Positions 13,352 through 25,753 of a DNA stretch of 64,000 nucleotides are shown piece by piece (the stretch's first letter is position 1; each line of letters starts with the position of its first letter). The notes beneath the pieces were generated by a model that did not search any database, was not told where the DNA came from, and worked only from the letters and a program-made list of their open reading frames with translations. Origin of the DNA: Eledone cirrhosa. Lineage: Eukaryota. The translations under genes and the position numbers were made by a program. Location: assembly GCA_964016885.1 (NCBI GenBank), contig OZ024749.1:36642001-36706000 (forward strand). The letters are read 5' to 3'.

Positions 13352-13894
13352 GTTACACTATATTGGTTTGGGGGTTACCATTGATTTCTCATAGTAATCA
13401 TGCTTCAATGGTGTTAAAAACAAAAACCAGGCATGACAACTAAAAACCTGTTTCATCAGATCCAGTATGTTGTTTAATATCATTACAAAGCGTCTACAAA
13501 GGATGTAGAGCTCTCTTATCACATGTTAAATATAATGCCACACACACAAACACATATATTGTAGTTAAAATTTCATACACTTAACATGTATGCACGACCT
13601 TAAGTGTATGAAATTTTAAATATACTAAATAAACTCACTTGTAATAGATTGAGCTTTGTTTTCGTTGACCTTTTGTCTTTGGATATTCTGCATAAACACA
13701 CACAGACACACACATATATATCTATATGCATTTAAACAAAGAAGCAAAGGAATTTTTGTAATTTCAGGCTTTCATTGTTGCAGCAGCCATATTATTATGG
13801 CCCAATCTGTGTATTTGTCGTCAATAACTTGTTATTCATTGTTGTCGATAACTCGTTATTTATTGTTGTCCCCCATCTTTCATCAGTAATATCT

Positions 13895-14375
13895 GATAGT
13901 TTCATCTGATATTCTCAACTAAGATGGGTCTCAGTTATAGCCAATCGTTTCATCTGACATTCTCAACTAAGATGGGTCTCAGTCATAGCCAATAGTTTCA
14001 TCTGACATTCTCAACTAAGATGGGTCTCAGTCATAGCCAATAGTTTCATCTGACATTCTCAACTAAGATGGGCCTCAGTCATAGCCAATAGTTTCATCTG
14101 ACATTCTCAACTAAGATGGGTCTCATAACCAATAGTTTCATCTGTGATATTTTCAACTAAGATGGGTCTCAGTAATAGCCAATAGTTTCATCTGTGACAT
14201 TTTCAACTAAGATGGGTCTCAGTAATAGCCAATAGTTTCATCTGACATTCTCAACTAAGATGATTCTCAGTCATAGTTGACAATGTCAGGTGAAACTATT
14301 GGCTAAGATGGGTCTCAGTCATAGCTAATACTTTTATGATATTCTCAACTAAGATGGGTCTCAGTCATAGCTGAG
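13895..14375. repeat. 48-bp minisatellite
   Basis: AATAGTTTCATCTGACATTCTCAACTAAGATGGGTCTCAGTCATAGCC, about 9 units. Confidence 0.92.
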
Positions 14376-14509
14376 ACTTTAATAAATATTTGATAGTTTA
14401 CTAGGGGGTTATTGTGTGAAACCCTACAATTATATGTGAAATATTTTAGGGGCTTACTGGGGGGGGGGGGGGTTATATGACACACCCTGCCACTATATGA
14501 AATACATGC

Positions 14510-15190
14510 ACCCCTAGAAGTAACGTATTTTTAAAGTTGCTCCATTTCAATGAGAAGACAACTGCTGCCATCAGTCAAGCAATCCATAGAGAGGGTATGC
14601 AGCTGGTGCACTTGGGACATTCATTGTGGAGACTAATCTACAGAAACTGACTTGCATAGAAAGATATGTGCACACTTCCTAATTGTCCCATCAATAATAC
14701 AGAAGTGTGCAAGAGAGAGTATGTGGTCTACAAGGTTACATGTAAAATATGTAGCTCCTTGTACATCAGAAGTACCTCCCAGATGCTGCACATGATGTGG
14801 GAGTTGCTTCTGTCAAAAAACATCTTGACAGATGCCACAGCCAAGACATTGATGTCACCATAGAGGTGATGGAAAGGAATGTAGGGAATTTAAGAATCAA
14901 AGAGGCCATTATCATCAACAAGAAAAAGACACAAATAAATAATAGATTAGAAATGCACGATGCAGATTGGCTACTATAATGACTTCACACGTGTATTTCA
15001 GGCACGTAAACAAGTTAGAGAAGATTACATTGATCGTTTGTTTTTGTTTTGAACCATTTTCGTTTTACATTTGAACAGAGGGTATTAACCCTGAAATATC
15101 ATGTTGAAATATACTGGGTAAAATATTTCTTTGTTTTATTTTATTTGTCATCCTTTGCCCTTTATTTATTTCTCTGCGCTTTGTACTGCA
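14510..15190 (+). mobile_element. Decayed 5'-truncated Penelope-like retroelement (GIY-YIG endonuclease end plus 3' pLTR remnant)
   Basis: Frameshifted translation CTLPNCPINNTEVCKREYVVYKVTCKICSSLYIRST...SVKKHLDRC...LRIKEAIIINKKKTQINNR: the VVY-x-C-xx-C-xx-YI(G)ST GIY-YIG motif, a Cys linker and the E...N catalytic tail. A hammerhead remnant lies downstream. Boundaries approximate. Confidence 0.85.
15067..15104 (+). ncRNA. Degenerate hammerhead ribozyme remnant in the PLE 3' region
   Basis: acat-ttgaacag-aggg(tattaa)ccct-GAAA-tatc-atgt: stems I and II pair and GAAA is present, but the CUGANGA box is mutated. Confidence 0.45.
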
Positions 15191-15247
15191 TAGTACTGGC
15201 TTTTTGAAACAAATCAGTCATATATATCTATCTATCTATCTCTCTAG

Positions 15248-15295
15248 GTGGTGATGAACCTATCTTATCATATGAGGCTGTCATACAACAGGAAT
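15248..15295 (+). CDS. dlg1: Discs large 1 (MAGUK) exon, end of HOOK region: (R/G)GDEPILSYEAVIQQE
   Basis: tctctag|GTGGT...GGAAT|gtaag; 48 nt, phase 1-1. Peptide matches the conserved DLG 'E.VLSYE.V.Q' motif that precedes the GK domain and splices in frame to the next exon. Confidence 0.93.
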
Positions 15296-15551
15296 GTAAG
15301 TACAACACATTTTAACTAATCTATTTACTTATACATTCACTAGTCACTCTCTCTATGTTATATATATACCTCTCTCTCTCTCTCATCCACTTCTTGCTAT
15401 CTCTTTCATCTTTCTTTCCTATTCTTTCTTTTCCAATTTCATTTTTGTTTTTACCGTTCAATCTCTTTCTCCCCTCTTTCATTCTCTCTCTCTCTCTCCT
15501 CAAACTATTCAGACCTTTATTAACCACACCCTTTAACCCTGTCTGTTTCAG

Positions 15552-15653
15552 TGAAGTACACACGGCCTGTCATTATCTTGGGGCCCCTGAAAGATAGGAT
15601 AAATGATGATTTGATCTCTGAATTTCCTGACAGATTTGGCAGCTGTGTACCAC
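15552..15653 (+). CDS. dlg1: Discs large 1 exon, start of GK domain: [34 protein letters not shown](H)
   Basis: tttcag|TGAAG...CCAC|gtaagt; 102 nt. Near-identical to the DLG1/PSD-95 family GK N-terminus. Confidence 0.97.
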
Positions 15654-16479
15654 GTAAGTACATTGTCTTTTCACTTTATAACACCCTCCCCTTCCCTCTC
15701 CTCATTGTCTTTTCTCTTTATCACCTCTTCCCCTTCCCTCCTCCCATTGTCAGTTGACCAATGTAAGGCTGATGGAGCTCCCAGTAATCGGAAGGGGTTT
15801 GTTTTTATAGCCCCATAATACAAGATGAGGTGGGGAATTGGCAGGGTTGTTAGAACATCGGATAGAATGCTTTGTGCTGTATTTGTTCCAGCTTTCTGTG
15901 CTCCCTGTGGTTGGTAGAATAAGTACCAGTCCAGTCTGGAGCGGGGATCGATTCTTCTTCACTCTCTCTATGGTCATGTAGGTGTCGCAACAAAAAAGCA
16001 CCCAGCACTCACTATAAATGAGGTTGGTGTTAGGAAGAGCATCCAGCTGTAGAAGTCAAGTCAAAATCAGTTCTGTATGAGCAAGACATCGTCACCTGAC
16101 CTAGCATTGCCCACAACAGGACAACTCGTCTAACCCATGCTAGCGTGGAAGAATGGATGTAAAACGGTGATGATGATGATGATGATTCAGACTTTGAGAG
16201 AGATGGGCTCCACCAGTCTTTAAAAATGTCAAAAAATTGTTAAATGTCACTATGGTGCCCGTGCAAATCCACCAGGAGTTACAGGACTATACATAAATGC
16301 ATTAGTCTGGTGTCTTTTTGAAGTATGTCTAAAATTGATGGTGGTTTGTTTCCCAGTGTTAATCTGTCCAAGTTTTGGCTGCCGTAGTACCATATCTGCA
16401 CAGGAACACACTATGCCGTCTGCTCCAGGTATCAAACTCATGATATTGTGTGATTGTGTGTGAACTGAACACCGTAACT

Positions 16480-16980
16480 TGACACCACTACTATCATCTC
16501 TATATCTCTATTTACAAACAACACCACTACTATCATCTCTGTCTCTATTTACAGACACCACTACTAACATCTTCATATTTTTATTTACAAACACCACTAC
16601 GAACATATCCATGACTCTATTTACAGACACCACTACGAACATATCCATGACTCTATTTACAAACACCACTACGAACATATCCATGACTCTATTTACAGAC
16701 ACCACTACGAACATACCCATGACTCTATTTACAGACACCACCACTAACATCTCTATGTCTCTATTTACAGACACCACTACTAACATCTCTATATCTCTAC
16801 AGACACCACTACTAACATCTTCATGTTTTTATTTACAAACACCACTACGAACATATCCATGACTCTATTTACAGACACCACTACTAACATCTCTATATCT
16901 CTACAGACACCACTACTAACATCTCTATGTCTCTATTTACAAACACCACTAACACCTCTATGACTCTATTTACAGACACC
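16480..16980 (+). repeat. ~36-bp minisatellite spanning the dlg1 splice acceptor
   Basis: Unit ACACCACTACGAACATATCCATGACTCTATTTACAG; the last unit supplies the real acceptor at 16975/16976. Confidence 0.93.
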
Positions 16981-17148
16981 ACCCGACAACGGAGAGAGAA
17001 TGAAGTCGATGCCCGTGACTACCACTTCGTTGCATCTCGAGAACAGATGGAACGAGATATTCAAAACCATCTTTTCATTGAAGCTGGCCAGTACAATGAC
17101 AATCTTTACGGAACTAGTGTTGCATCAGTGAAGGAAGTTGCAGAAAAG
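16976..17148 (+). CDS. dlg1: Discs large 1 GK exon: [58 protein letters not shown]
   Basis: tttacag|ACACC...AAAG|gttggt; 173 nt. Contains the HTTR...DYHFV...[15 protein letters not shown] signature and is in frame with both neighbours. Confidence 0.97.
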
Positions 17149-17341
17149 GTTGGTTGTTGTTATTGTTACTCCATACCACAGAACCCACTCTACTAAACAC
17201 TATTAACCTTCCCCTTATATATACCCTGGCCTTGATGTTTTTATGAAGGTAGTATCAGATATTCATGCCCCATCTCCCACTCCAGACTGATATATCAACT
17301 GCACCCTAGAAATTTTCTCAATGCTTTTTCTCTCTTTCCAG

Positions 17342-17451
17342 GGCAAACATTGCATTTTGGACGTCAGTGGTAACGCAATCAAGCGGCTACAGGTAGCAGG
17401 ATTATATCCTATCGCAGTTTTCATCAAACCCAAATCCGTGGAATCTATCAT
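17342..17451 (+). CDS. dlg1: Discs large 1 GK exon: [36 protein letters not shown](M)
   Basis: ctttccag|GGCAAA...TCAT|gtaagt; 110 nt. [17 protein letters not shown] is diagnostic of DLG. Confidence 0.97.
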
Positions 17452-18169
17452 GTAAGTTAGAATGCTTTTGGGGTTTTTCTTTTTTCTCTTTAGTTTCTAA
17501 TAAAACCACAAAACCCTTCTCTGTGGTTAACCATGTCTTTTCATATCAAATCATCTTCCAATCCAACCAAGGAAAGAAATTCATGTCAGATGCCACACTC
17601 CTCCATCACTGTTCCAGTATTCCTGGTACAGTCTTTAGTCTCGTGTCTTTTTGAAGTATGTAAATAAATAAGGCGGCGAATTGGCAGTCATTAGGACGTC
17701 AGATAAAATGCTTTATGGTATTCGTTCCAGCTCTCTGCACTCTGAGTTCAAAACCCGCTGAGGTCAATAAAAAAAGTACCAGTCTAGTACTGGGGTCAAA
17801 TTCTTCCTCTTATATCTCTTTCTCATTGCCTCTCTCACCTATCTTTCTCTGGAAGAAATCTGCTGTACTCAGACCTGGAGAGGGATGAGCTCTGTCAGGC
17901 TTATAATGCCCAAGAAACGCTGTATGTCAATACAGCACCCCTACGACTCTATCGGGAGTTATGGGACAATACATACATACAATAAAGTTGGTGGTTTGTG
18001 TTTGTCTCCTACTGTTAATCTGTCCATGTATTGGCTGCCATAACACCAGATTTGAGGTTAATATCTTCAGAATGTCTCACACTGTCCTATTAATTGCAAA
18101 TATTTTTTGAAATATTTTTGAAAATATTTTTTGAAATATTTTTGAAAATATTTTTTGAAATATTTTTCA

Positions 18170-18365
18170 GTTGAACAAACAAGAGTATTAAGATCAGTCT
18201 CTTTTTAGCAATGGTTGAATCTGTCTTGACATGGACACATTCACACAAAGCTTGAAAATCATTCTGATGGAATGTACTTCATGTTACAGATAATTCTTAA
18301 CATCACATGGAAGAAGCGTATCACTAATACAGAACTTTATGGTGGTACTCTGCAAAGTTAACTGA
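18170..18365 (+). mobile_element. Decayed RTE-like LINE fragment
   Basis: Frameshifted ...VESV...TWT...DGMY..MLQIILNITWKKRITNTELYG, typical of the post-RT region of RTE-like LINEs. Confidence 0.55.
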
Positions 18366-18710
18366 ATGGCTACCCATTTAGTTGTGGAATGGAAGGATTG
18401 CCCTGCTTTCTAACAGGACAAACTTTGGGAGAGAAGCAACATAATGCCCCTTGATACAATAGGTCTAGCTAAAATCAAACCTTTTGATATCAACCTTGTC
18501 AAAACTGACTGATTGTATAAAACAAAACCGATTTTGCAGGGTTCCTTTTTAATCATTTTGATTCTAACTCAGCCAAAAACAGCTCTGATTCTATCAAACA
18601 AAACTATATATTTTAAAGGGTTTGTATTTGAAGTAAAATCTTCCAGTATAAAAACCATGTGCGGCTACTACTACCACCACTACTATTACTACTGTTACTT
18701 TCTTTTACAG

Positions 18711-18802
18711 GGAGATGAATAAAAGGATCACAGAGGACCAGGCTAGAAAAACTCATGAGAGAGCAATGAAACTTGAACAAGAATTTGGAGAGTATTTCAC
18801 AT
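18711..18802 (+). CDS. dlg1: Discs large 1 GK exon: [30 protein letters not shown]
   Basis: cttttacag|GGAG...ACAT|gtaagt; 92 nt, in frame. Matches the DLG penultimate exon. Confidence 0.96.
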
Positions 18803-19403
18803 GTAAGTAATAATAATGATTATTATTATCCATGTTGTTTAACCACTTAAAACCACATCCAGTTCATTCTACAATTTAAAACAGTTTGTTTTAACCCTTT
18901 TGTTGCCAACCTGCCAAAAATTAGCTGATTCTATGAAATAAAATCACAAATTTTAAAGGTTTCCAATTTAGATTAAAATCTTCCAACATAATTTTATATA
19001 AGAACTTTACAAAAAGTTTTACAATTATTTCATTACTAAGTAATGAAATAATTGATGATTTTAGTAAAGCCTTCAACATTTTTCATTAACTAATTGAAAC
19101 AGAGTGTATTTCATTAGAAATATGGTAATGAAAAGGTGAAAGTGTTTATATTTATCTAAAATCCTTCCATCATAAATTTCTGCAAAATTCTTCGTTATAT
19201 TCTAAACACGAGATTAACAATGAGAAAGTTTGTTATATTAATATTACTAACCCCCTTAAATTTCTTGATTATTTTCAAAATGTTTTTTGTAATGAAAGAG
19301 TGAAAATGTTTTCCCATATTGAACTCGTGTTTCTTTCTCCATCACTATCATGTTGGCTTGTAGCCTCTCTTACGAACATGACCTTGCAGAATCACTATAA
19401 TAC

Positions 19404-19603
19404 NNNNNNNNNNNNNNNNNNNNNNNNNNNNNNNNNNNNNNNNNNNNNNNNNNNNNNNNNNNNNNNNNNNNNNNNNNNNNNNNNNNNNNNNNNNNNNNNN
19501 NNNNNNNNNNNNNNNNNNNNNNNNNNNNNNNNNNNNNNNNNNNNNNNNNNNNNNNNNNNNNNNNNNNNNNNNNNNNNNNNNNNNNNNNNNNNNNNNNNNN
19601 NNN
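19404..19603. other. Assembly gap (200 N)
   Basis: Run of exactly 200 N, typical of a fixed-size scaffolding gap. Confidence 0.99.
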
Positions 19604-19930
19604 TGGATAGGACACCAGTCTACCTCAGATTTGTTCATCCTGGGAAAGTATTGTGATGTCCTTAAATATGTGGCAGATAAGAGAGAGAGATCACAACACT
19701 CTGGATAGGACACCAGTCTACCTCAGATTTGTTTATCCTGGGAAAGTATTGTGATGTCCTAAAATATGTGGCAGATAAGAGAGAGAGATCACAACACTCT
19801 GGATAGGACACCAGTCTACCTCAGATTTGTTCATCTTGGGAAAGTATTGTGATGTCCTAAAATATGTGGCAGATTAGAGAGAGAGATCACAACACCCTGG
19901 ATATGATGCCAGTCTACCTCAGATTTACCT
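19604..19930. repeat. 98-bp tandem repeat abutting the gap
   Basis: Units start at 19604, 19702, 19800 and 19898. Confidence 0.92.
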
Positions 19931-20812
19931 ATCATCGAATTTACATAAACATTGCATGTATAAGAAGCTATAGCTGTGATATTGTTGTGTACATTCCTGT
20001 AGGTTACTGTAGTAGAGAAAGAGAGAGACAGGCAGAGATGTTATCTATATAACCTATGTGGAGATGAAGGTACTCTAAATATAGGAAGCATTACAAACAA
20101 CAGACTAACTACAGATCCCAGTTGAATGTTTTTACACTTCACATAGTCTAAAGTCTATCTCGAACCTGGAGGTTCATTTGGCCAGTGTTTATCCCAGCTT
20201 CTGTGGCATTAAGCATCTGAGAGTACAATACTCCCCCAGGACAGGACATCAGTCCATCGCAGGGTTAAACCCCCCGCTATTACTGGTACTCATTTTCAGC
20301 TGAGTCTATTGGAGCAATGTGAAATGAAATGTTTTGCTCAAGAACAACAAACAACCCAGTCAAGGAATTGAAACCACACCATTATGATTGTAATTCCAAC
20401 ACCCTTACCACCAGGCCACATGCCTTCACTTCACACAGCGAAGGTTTTTCATTTGAAAACAATAACTGTATCAATATATTTACCTTAAAGTCTTCCAATA
20501 TCACACAGGGACACATGGTGGGTTTTGTAGTTTCTGTCCAGATTTACAAAATATTGCTTGGCCAAATGGCTATAAAAGATATTTATTGACCCAAGATGCC
20601 ACACAATTAGATAGAACCAAAGACCACTTGGTTGTGAAGCAAGTTTCTTAACCACACAATCATACCTGCATAGTTTCTTCTAATTTTGGGAATGAGAAAA
20701 ACAATAAGTTCAGAAAAAAAAGAAGCAACAATTGTTTTTGTATTATTTTAGAATTCAAAGATTTAATTTCTAAATCTTTGACTGTTACGGACTACATATT
20801 GCATGGTTTTAA

Positions 20813-21020
20813 CCCTTGAGCATTTAAACCAGCCATATCCAGCACGAATTCTCTCACCTCTTTCTATTCAAACTGGTTATAACTGGCCACTCATACTGAC
20901 GTTAAGGTATTGTTCTCAAAATAAATAACATAAAAATCTCCTAGATTCACTATTATGTGAGATAAAGCCTTCACCACAAAAATACAATAGTATATATAGA
21001 GTAATGTAAATGTTAAAGGG
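20813..21020 (+). mobile_element. piggyBac-type MITE (~210 bp)
   Basis: TTAA|CCCTTGAGCATTTA...TAAATGTTAAAGGG|TTAA. Further copies at ~23815-24086 (partial tandem), ~38661-38875, 48429-48646 (reverse) and 54719-54925. Confidence 0.82.
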
Positions 21021-21949
21021 TTAAGGTAATGAATTTAATTATGAGACATAAAGAATATATAACTCTGAATACGAAAATAAGTTTTTCTGCTCAGTTAAAT
21101 ATTGAAGTTTGATTATGGAGATAATTAGAACACCATTCCTAGAAATATAAATTTACATTAGTAATTTGTGGCCAATAAAGTTTACATAAATGAATAATGA
21201 ATAAAAATTATGCAGATATATATAGTACCAAGTACCATTAATTATACAGAGGGTTGGACCCCATGCTTTGACGCATAGAGTTACGGCCCTTGCCATTCTG
21301 AGTTCAAATCCCGTTGAGGTTAACTTTGCCTTTCATCCTTACGGGGTCGATAAAATAAAGTACCAGTAATGCACTGGGTAATTGCTGGCCTTGTGCCAAA
21401 AGTAGCAGCAATTATATATAACCATTTGAAGATGGTAAAAATAATTGAGGAAGGTTTTATCTGGAAAGGAGGGTTTGATTTGCTATAGTGGTGCATTGCT
21501 GGGGGTGCTGTTATGAGGAAACAAATTCAAGGCTTGGAGTCACTATACAGTAATTATATCAGCTATAACTAATTGTATTAATAAAGAATTATTAGAAGGG
21601 AATTCCAACGCCCCTTTATGTGGCATGTAATTAAGTTGGCATGTTTTCTCCCCTATTTTTTAAAATATGAATTATCTATGTTTATAAATGTTGATAAAAT
21701 CTTTGGAAACTGCAATAAAGGAATCCCTGTTGTGAAGGAATGACTGTGTTTTGTAACATAACTGAAGAATTACACAGAAAAATATTTCAATGTAGAAATA
21801 TAGTTATTTCATTGCAAATAAAGGGAGGAACCGAGATATATTAATCATTAAACATAAATGTGTATTTGATATATATGTCAATCTCATCGTGCTCAACTTT
21901 AACTTTCATTCTTCTAAGGTTGATAAAATAAGTACTAGTCAAGTACTTA

Positions 21950-23135
21950 TGGGGGTGGTGATGGTGGTGTTGTTGGTAGTGGTTGTTCTGATGATGATGG
22001 TGGTGGTGGTGGTGGTGGTGATGATGATGACAATGATGATAGTTGTAGTAGTGTTAATGGTGATAATGGTGGTGATGATGGTTGTAGTGGTGGTAATAAT
22101 GATGATAGTGGTGGTGGTGGTGGTGGTGATGACAATGATGATAGTTGTAGTAGTGTTGGTGGTGATGGTTGTGATGATGGTTGTAGTGATGGTAATAATG
22201 ATGATGGTGGTGGTGGTGGTGGTGGTGGTGATGACAATGATGATAGTTGTAGTAGTGTTAATGGTGATAGTGGTGGTGATGGTGGTGATGATGGTTGTAG
22301 TGGTGGTAATAATGATGGTGGTGGTGGTGGTGATGACAATGATGATAGTTGTAGTAGTGTTGGTGGTGATGGTGGTGATGATGGTTGTAGTGGTGGTAAT
22401 AATGATGATGATGGTGGTGGTGTTGGTGGTGGCAATGATGATAGTTGTAGTAGTGTTAATGGTGATAGTGGTGGTGATGGTGGTGATGATGGTTGTAGTG
22501 GTGGTAATAATGATGATGGTGGTGGTGGTGTTGGTGGTGGCAATGATGATAGTTGTAGTAGTGTTAATGGTGATAGTGGTGGTGATGGTGGTGATGATGG
22601 TTGTAGTGGTGGTAATAATGATGGTGGTGGTGGTGGTGATGACAATGATGATAGTTGTAGTAGTGTTAATGGTGATAGTGGTGGTGATGGTTGTAGTGGT
22701 GGTAATAATGATGATGGTGGTGGTGGTGGTGGTGATGACAATGATGATAGTTGTAGTAGTGTTAATGGTGATAGTGGTGGTGATGGTGGTGATGATGGTT
22801 GTAGTGATGGTAATAATGATGATAGTGGTGGTGGTGGTGGTGGTGGCAATGATGATGGTGGTAGAGGTGATGAGGATGATAATGGTGATGATGGTGGTGA
22901 TGGTGGTGTTGGTAGTGGTTGTTCTGATGATGATGGTGGTGGTGGTGATGACAATGATGATAGTTGTAGTAGTGTTAATGGTGATGATGGTGATGATGGT
23001 TGTAGTGGTGGTAATAATGATGATAGTGGTGTTGGTGGTGGCAATGATGATGGTGGTAGAGGTGGTGGTGGTGATGATAATGATGATGATGATGATGATG
23101 ATGATGGTGGTAGTGGTGATGATGATGATTGATGA
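21950..23135. repeat. (GTG/ATG/GTA) trinucleotide array with higher-order periodicity
   Basis: Recurrent GACAATGATGATAGTTGTAGTAGTGTT landmark about every 90-120 bp. Confidence 0.92.
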
Positions 23136-24445
23136 TGATCATCATAAATCAAATCAAAGAGAACAACAACAACAACAACAACAACAAAATCTCCTTTGGT
23201 CATCTATTTAGCTGTCAGCCATTTCCAGCCAGAGATGCCATTGACCAATCAGTCACATGACCTACTGGTCATTATTGATATATTTCAATGTCGATTGAAT
23301 CAACATAACAAATTATTGATGTCTCACTCAACGTTTGTTAATTAGCTGTTGCCCTCTAATTAATTAACTGTCAACTTCATTGATTAGGTACTCCAGTGAG
23401 ACGATTCATTAGGCGATTTGGTATTAATTACTTAGTCTAAGGTCAGTTGTGTGGTCAAGATTTACAATGGAGTAAATCTCATTAAATGCCAGTAATTAAC
23501 ATATATTTATTAACTGCTAATTAAGTTCAGTGAGCAATATGTATCAAATGATTTCATTAAAGCCACAGGTATAGCCACAACTAATTAATTAACACCTTTA
23601 ATGACCAGTGGTCACCTAAACCTAGATAGGTGTGAGCTGTAACAATATGATAGGACATGGGCTCTTATCATTAAAACACCTGAAAATCTTCATATGAGAT
23701 TCAACCCTATGTTTGACCAGTGAAACCGACATTGGCGTGGGCTGTAATAACAAGATAGGATTGGGGTCTTTATCATTAAAACACCTGAGAAACTTCCTAT
23801 GAGATTACATGAGATAATTATGTAAGACAAAGCCTTTACTGTGAAAATACAATAGTAAATATAGAGTAATGTAAATGCTAAAGGGTTAAACCAACCAACT
23901 GGAAATTTGTAATATTTCAAACCGGCTGTAACTGGCCACTCATACTGATGTTAAGGTATTGTTCTCAAAATAATTGATATCAAAGTTTCGTAGATTCAAT
24001 ATTATGTGAAATAATTATGTAAGATAAAGCCTTTACCGTGAAAATACAATAGTAGATATAGAGTAATGCAAATGCTAAAGGGTTAAGGACAGACCATATG
24101 GCAAATATAAGAATTACTCTTTCTGCTCAGATTAACTTTGCTAACTGTTAACGACTGACGTCTGACATGTCTAAATTGCTTACTTCGTTAATTCTAGACT
24201 AAAATTAACTCTACATTAGCCCTATTATATAGTTTTGATGTGTAAATTATGGTAATTTCACAGATACATAGACACTCTGATAGTTCTATAAACTCTTAGG
24301 TACCATTCAACTTTTGGACAAACTAATCAATATTTAGCAGACATCAATAACCAATTGGTCTTGTTATTGATCTAGCAGCAGCAGTAATAACAACAACAAA
24401 AACAGCAACAACAGCAGCAGCAACTCCACCACCACCACCACCACC

Positions 24446-24496
<51 letters not shown>

Positions 24497-24839
24497 AGTA
24501 ACAATAGTAACGACAACAAAAACAGCAGCAGCAGCAACAACAGGAACAACAGCAACAACAACAACAGCAACAGAAGCAACAGCAACAACAGCGGTGGTGG
24601 TGGTGGTGGTATGGTGGTAGTAATAGTGGTGGTGATAGTAATGGTGGTAGTAGTAGTAAGAGGAAAGGATGGAGATAGAGGGTGTAGAAGGAGAGGATGG
24701 CGTGGAGGGGTGTATATAGGTAGGAATGTCTTTCTGTGAAGGAATTACTATTGATTTCTGGTCACTTATTCTTTTCATTCCTTCATTCTTACCTTCTCTA
24801 CTTACCCTCTTCCATTTCTCTCTCTCTCTCTCTCTCTCA

Positions 24840-24895
<56 letters not shown>

Positions 24896-25310
24896 GCCCT
24901 CTCTCTCTCTCTCTCTCTGTATATATATATATAATATATATCATCATCATCATCATCATCATACGTCCGCTTTTCCCTGCTTGCAAGGGTGCGACGGGAA
25001 CTGATCCTGGCTTGATTTCTACAGCTGGATGCCCTTCCTAACACCAACCTCATTTACAGTGAGTGCTGGGTGCTTTTTTTGCCGTGGCACCTCCACGGCC
25101 ACTTTGCAGTGGAATGATAGGGACCCCAGTCCCTATCATCTCATTTCTACAGCTGAGTAAACTGGAGCAATGTGAAATAAAGTGTCTTGCTCAAGGAAAC
25201 AACACATCACCCGGTCTGAGAATTGAACTTACAACCTTTCAATTGCAAGGCCAATGCTCTAACCACTAAATCATGTGCCTCCATATATGTATACATATAT
25301 ACATATATAT

Positions 25311-25463
25311 AACGAAGGAAGTGTGGTAAGGAACCAGATGGACCATAATGCACCAGAGTACTCAATACTTAGGGTAGTAGAGTGGGTAATAGAAAATAGG
25401 AAAATGTTTAACCCCGACGGCAGAGCTCAAGCCGTTTCGAAACGTCGGGGTTAAACATTTTTC
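25311..25463 (-). mobile_element. (TA)n-inserted fold-back element, family C (half hammerhead)
   Basis: TA-flanked hairpin; reverse complement has GAA-ACGGC(ttgagctct)GCCGT-C-gggg. Homologous to 63346-63533 and to a truncated copy at ~36552-36612. Confidence 0.72.
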
Positions 25464-25477
25464 TATATATATATATA

Positions 25478-25753
25478 GAATTAGATAATTTGTATTCCAA
25501 TGTTACTAAGTAGTTGCATTGGATGGAGTCAACTGACGTCAGAGATTGCTCAACGTATAATAAAGTGTGTTTTAAAATCCGGAGAAAATATGGAGAAAAA
25601 ATTTACGAAATGGAAATGCGGGTATATAGAATTTATTAGGTAACAATTGTTTCTATAGTGTATGAGTTACAATACAGTAATTCATACACTATAGAAACAA
25701 TTGTTACCTAATAAATTCTATATACCCGCATTTCCATTTCGTAAATTTTTTCT
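25478..25753. mobile_element. (TA)n-inserted fold-back element, family D (half hammerhead)
   Basis: ~77-bp inverted arms (~25594-25670 and ~25677-25753); GAA-AC(aatt)GT-T at 25694 with palindromic stem III. Confidence 0.7.

Noticed and set aside
21889-23211. 440-aa Val/Met-rich and 418-aa Pro/Ser-rich ORFs
   Set aside because: Translations of a trinucleotide array with no splice or domain evidence. The same applies to 49517-49868 and 52507-54631.
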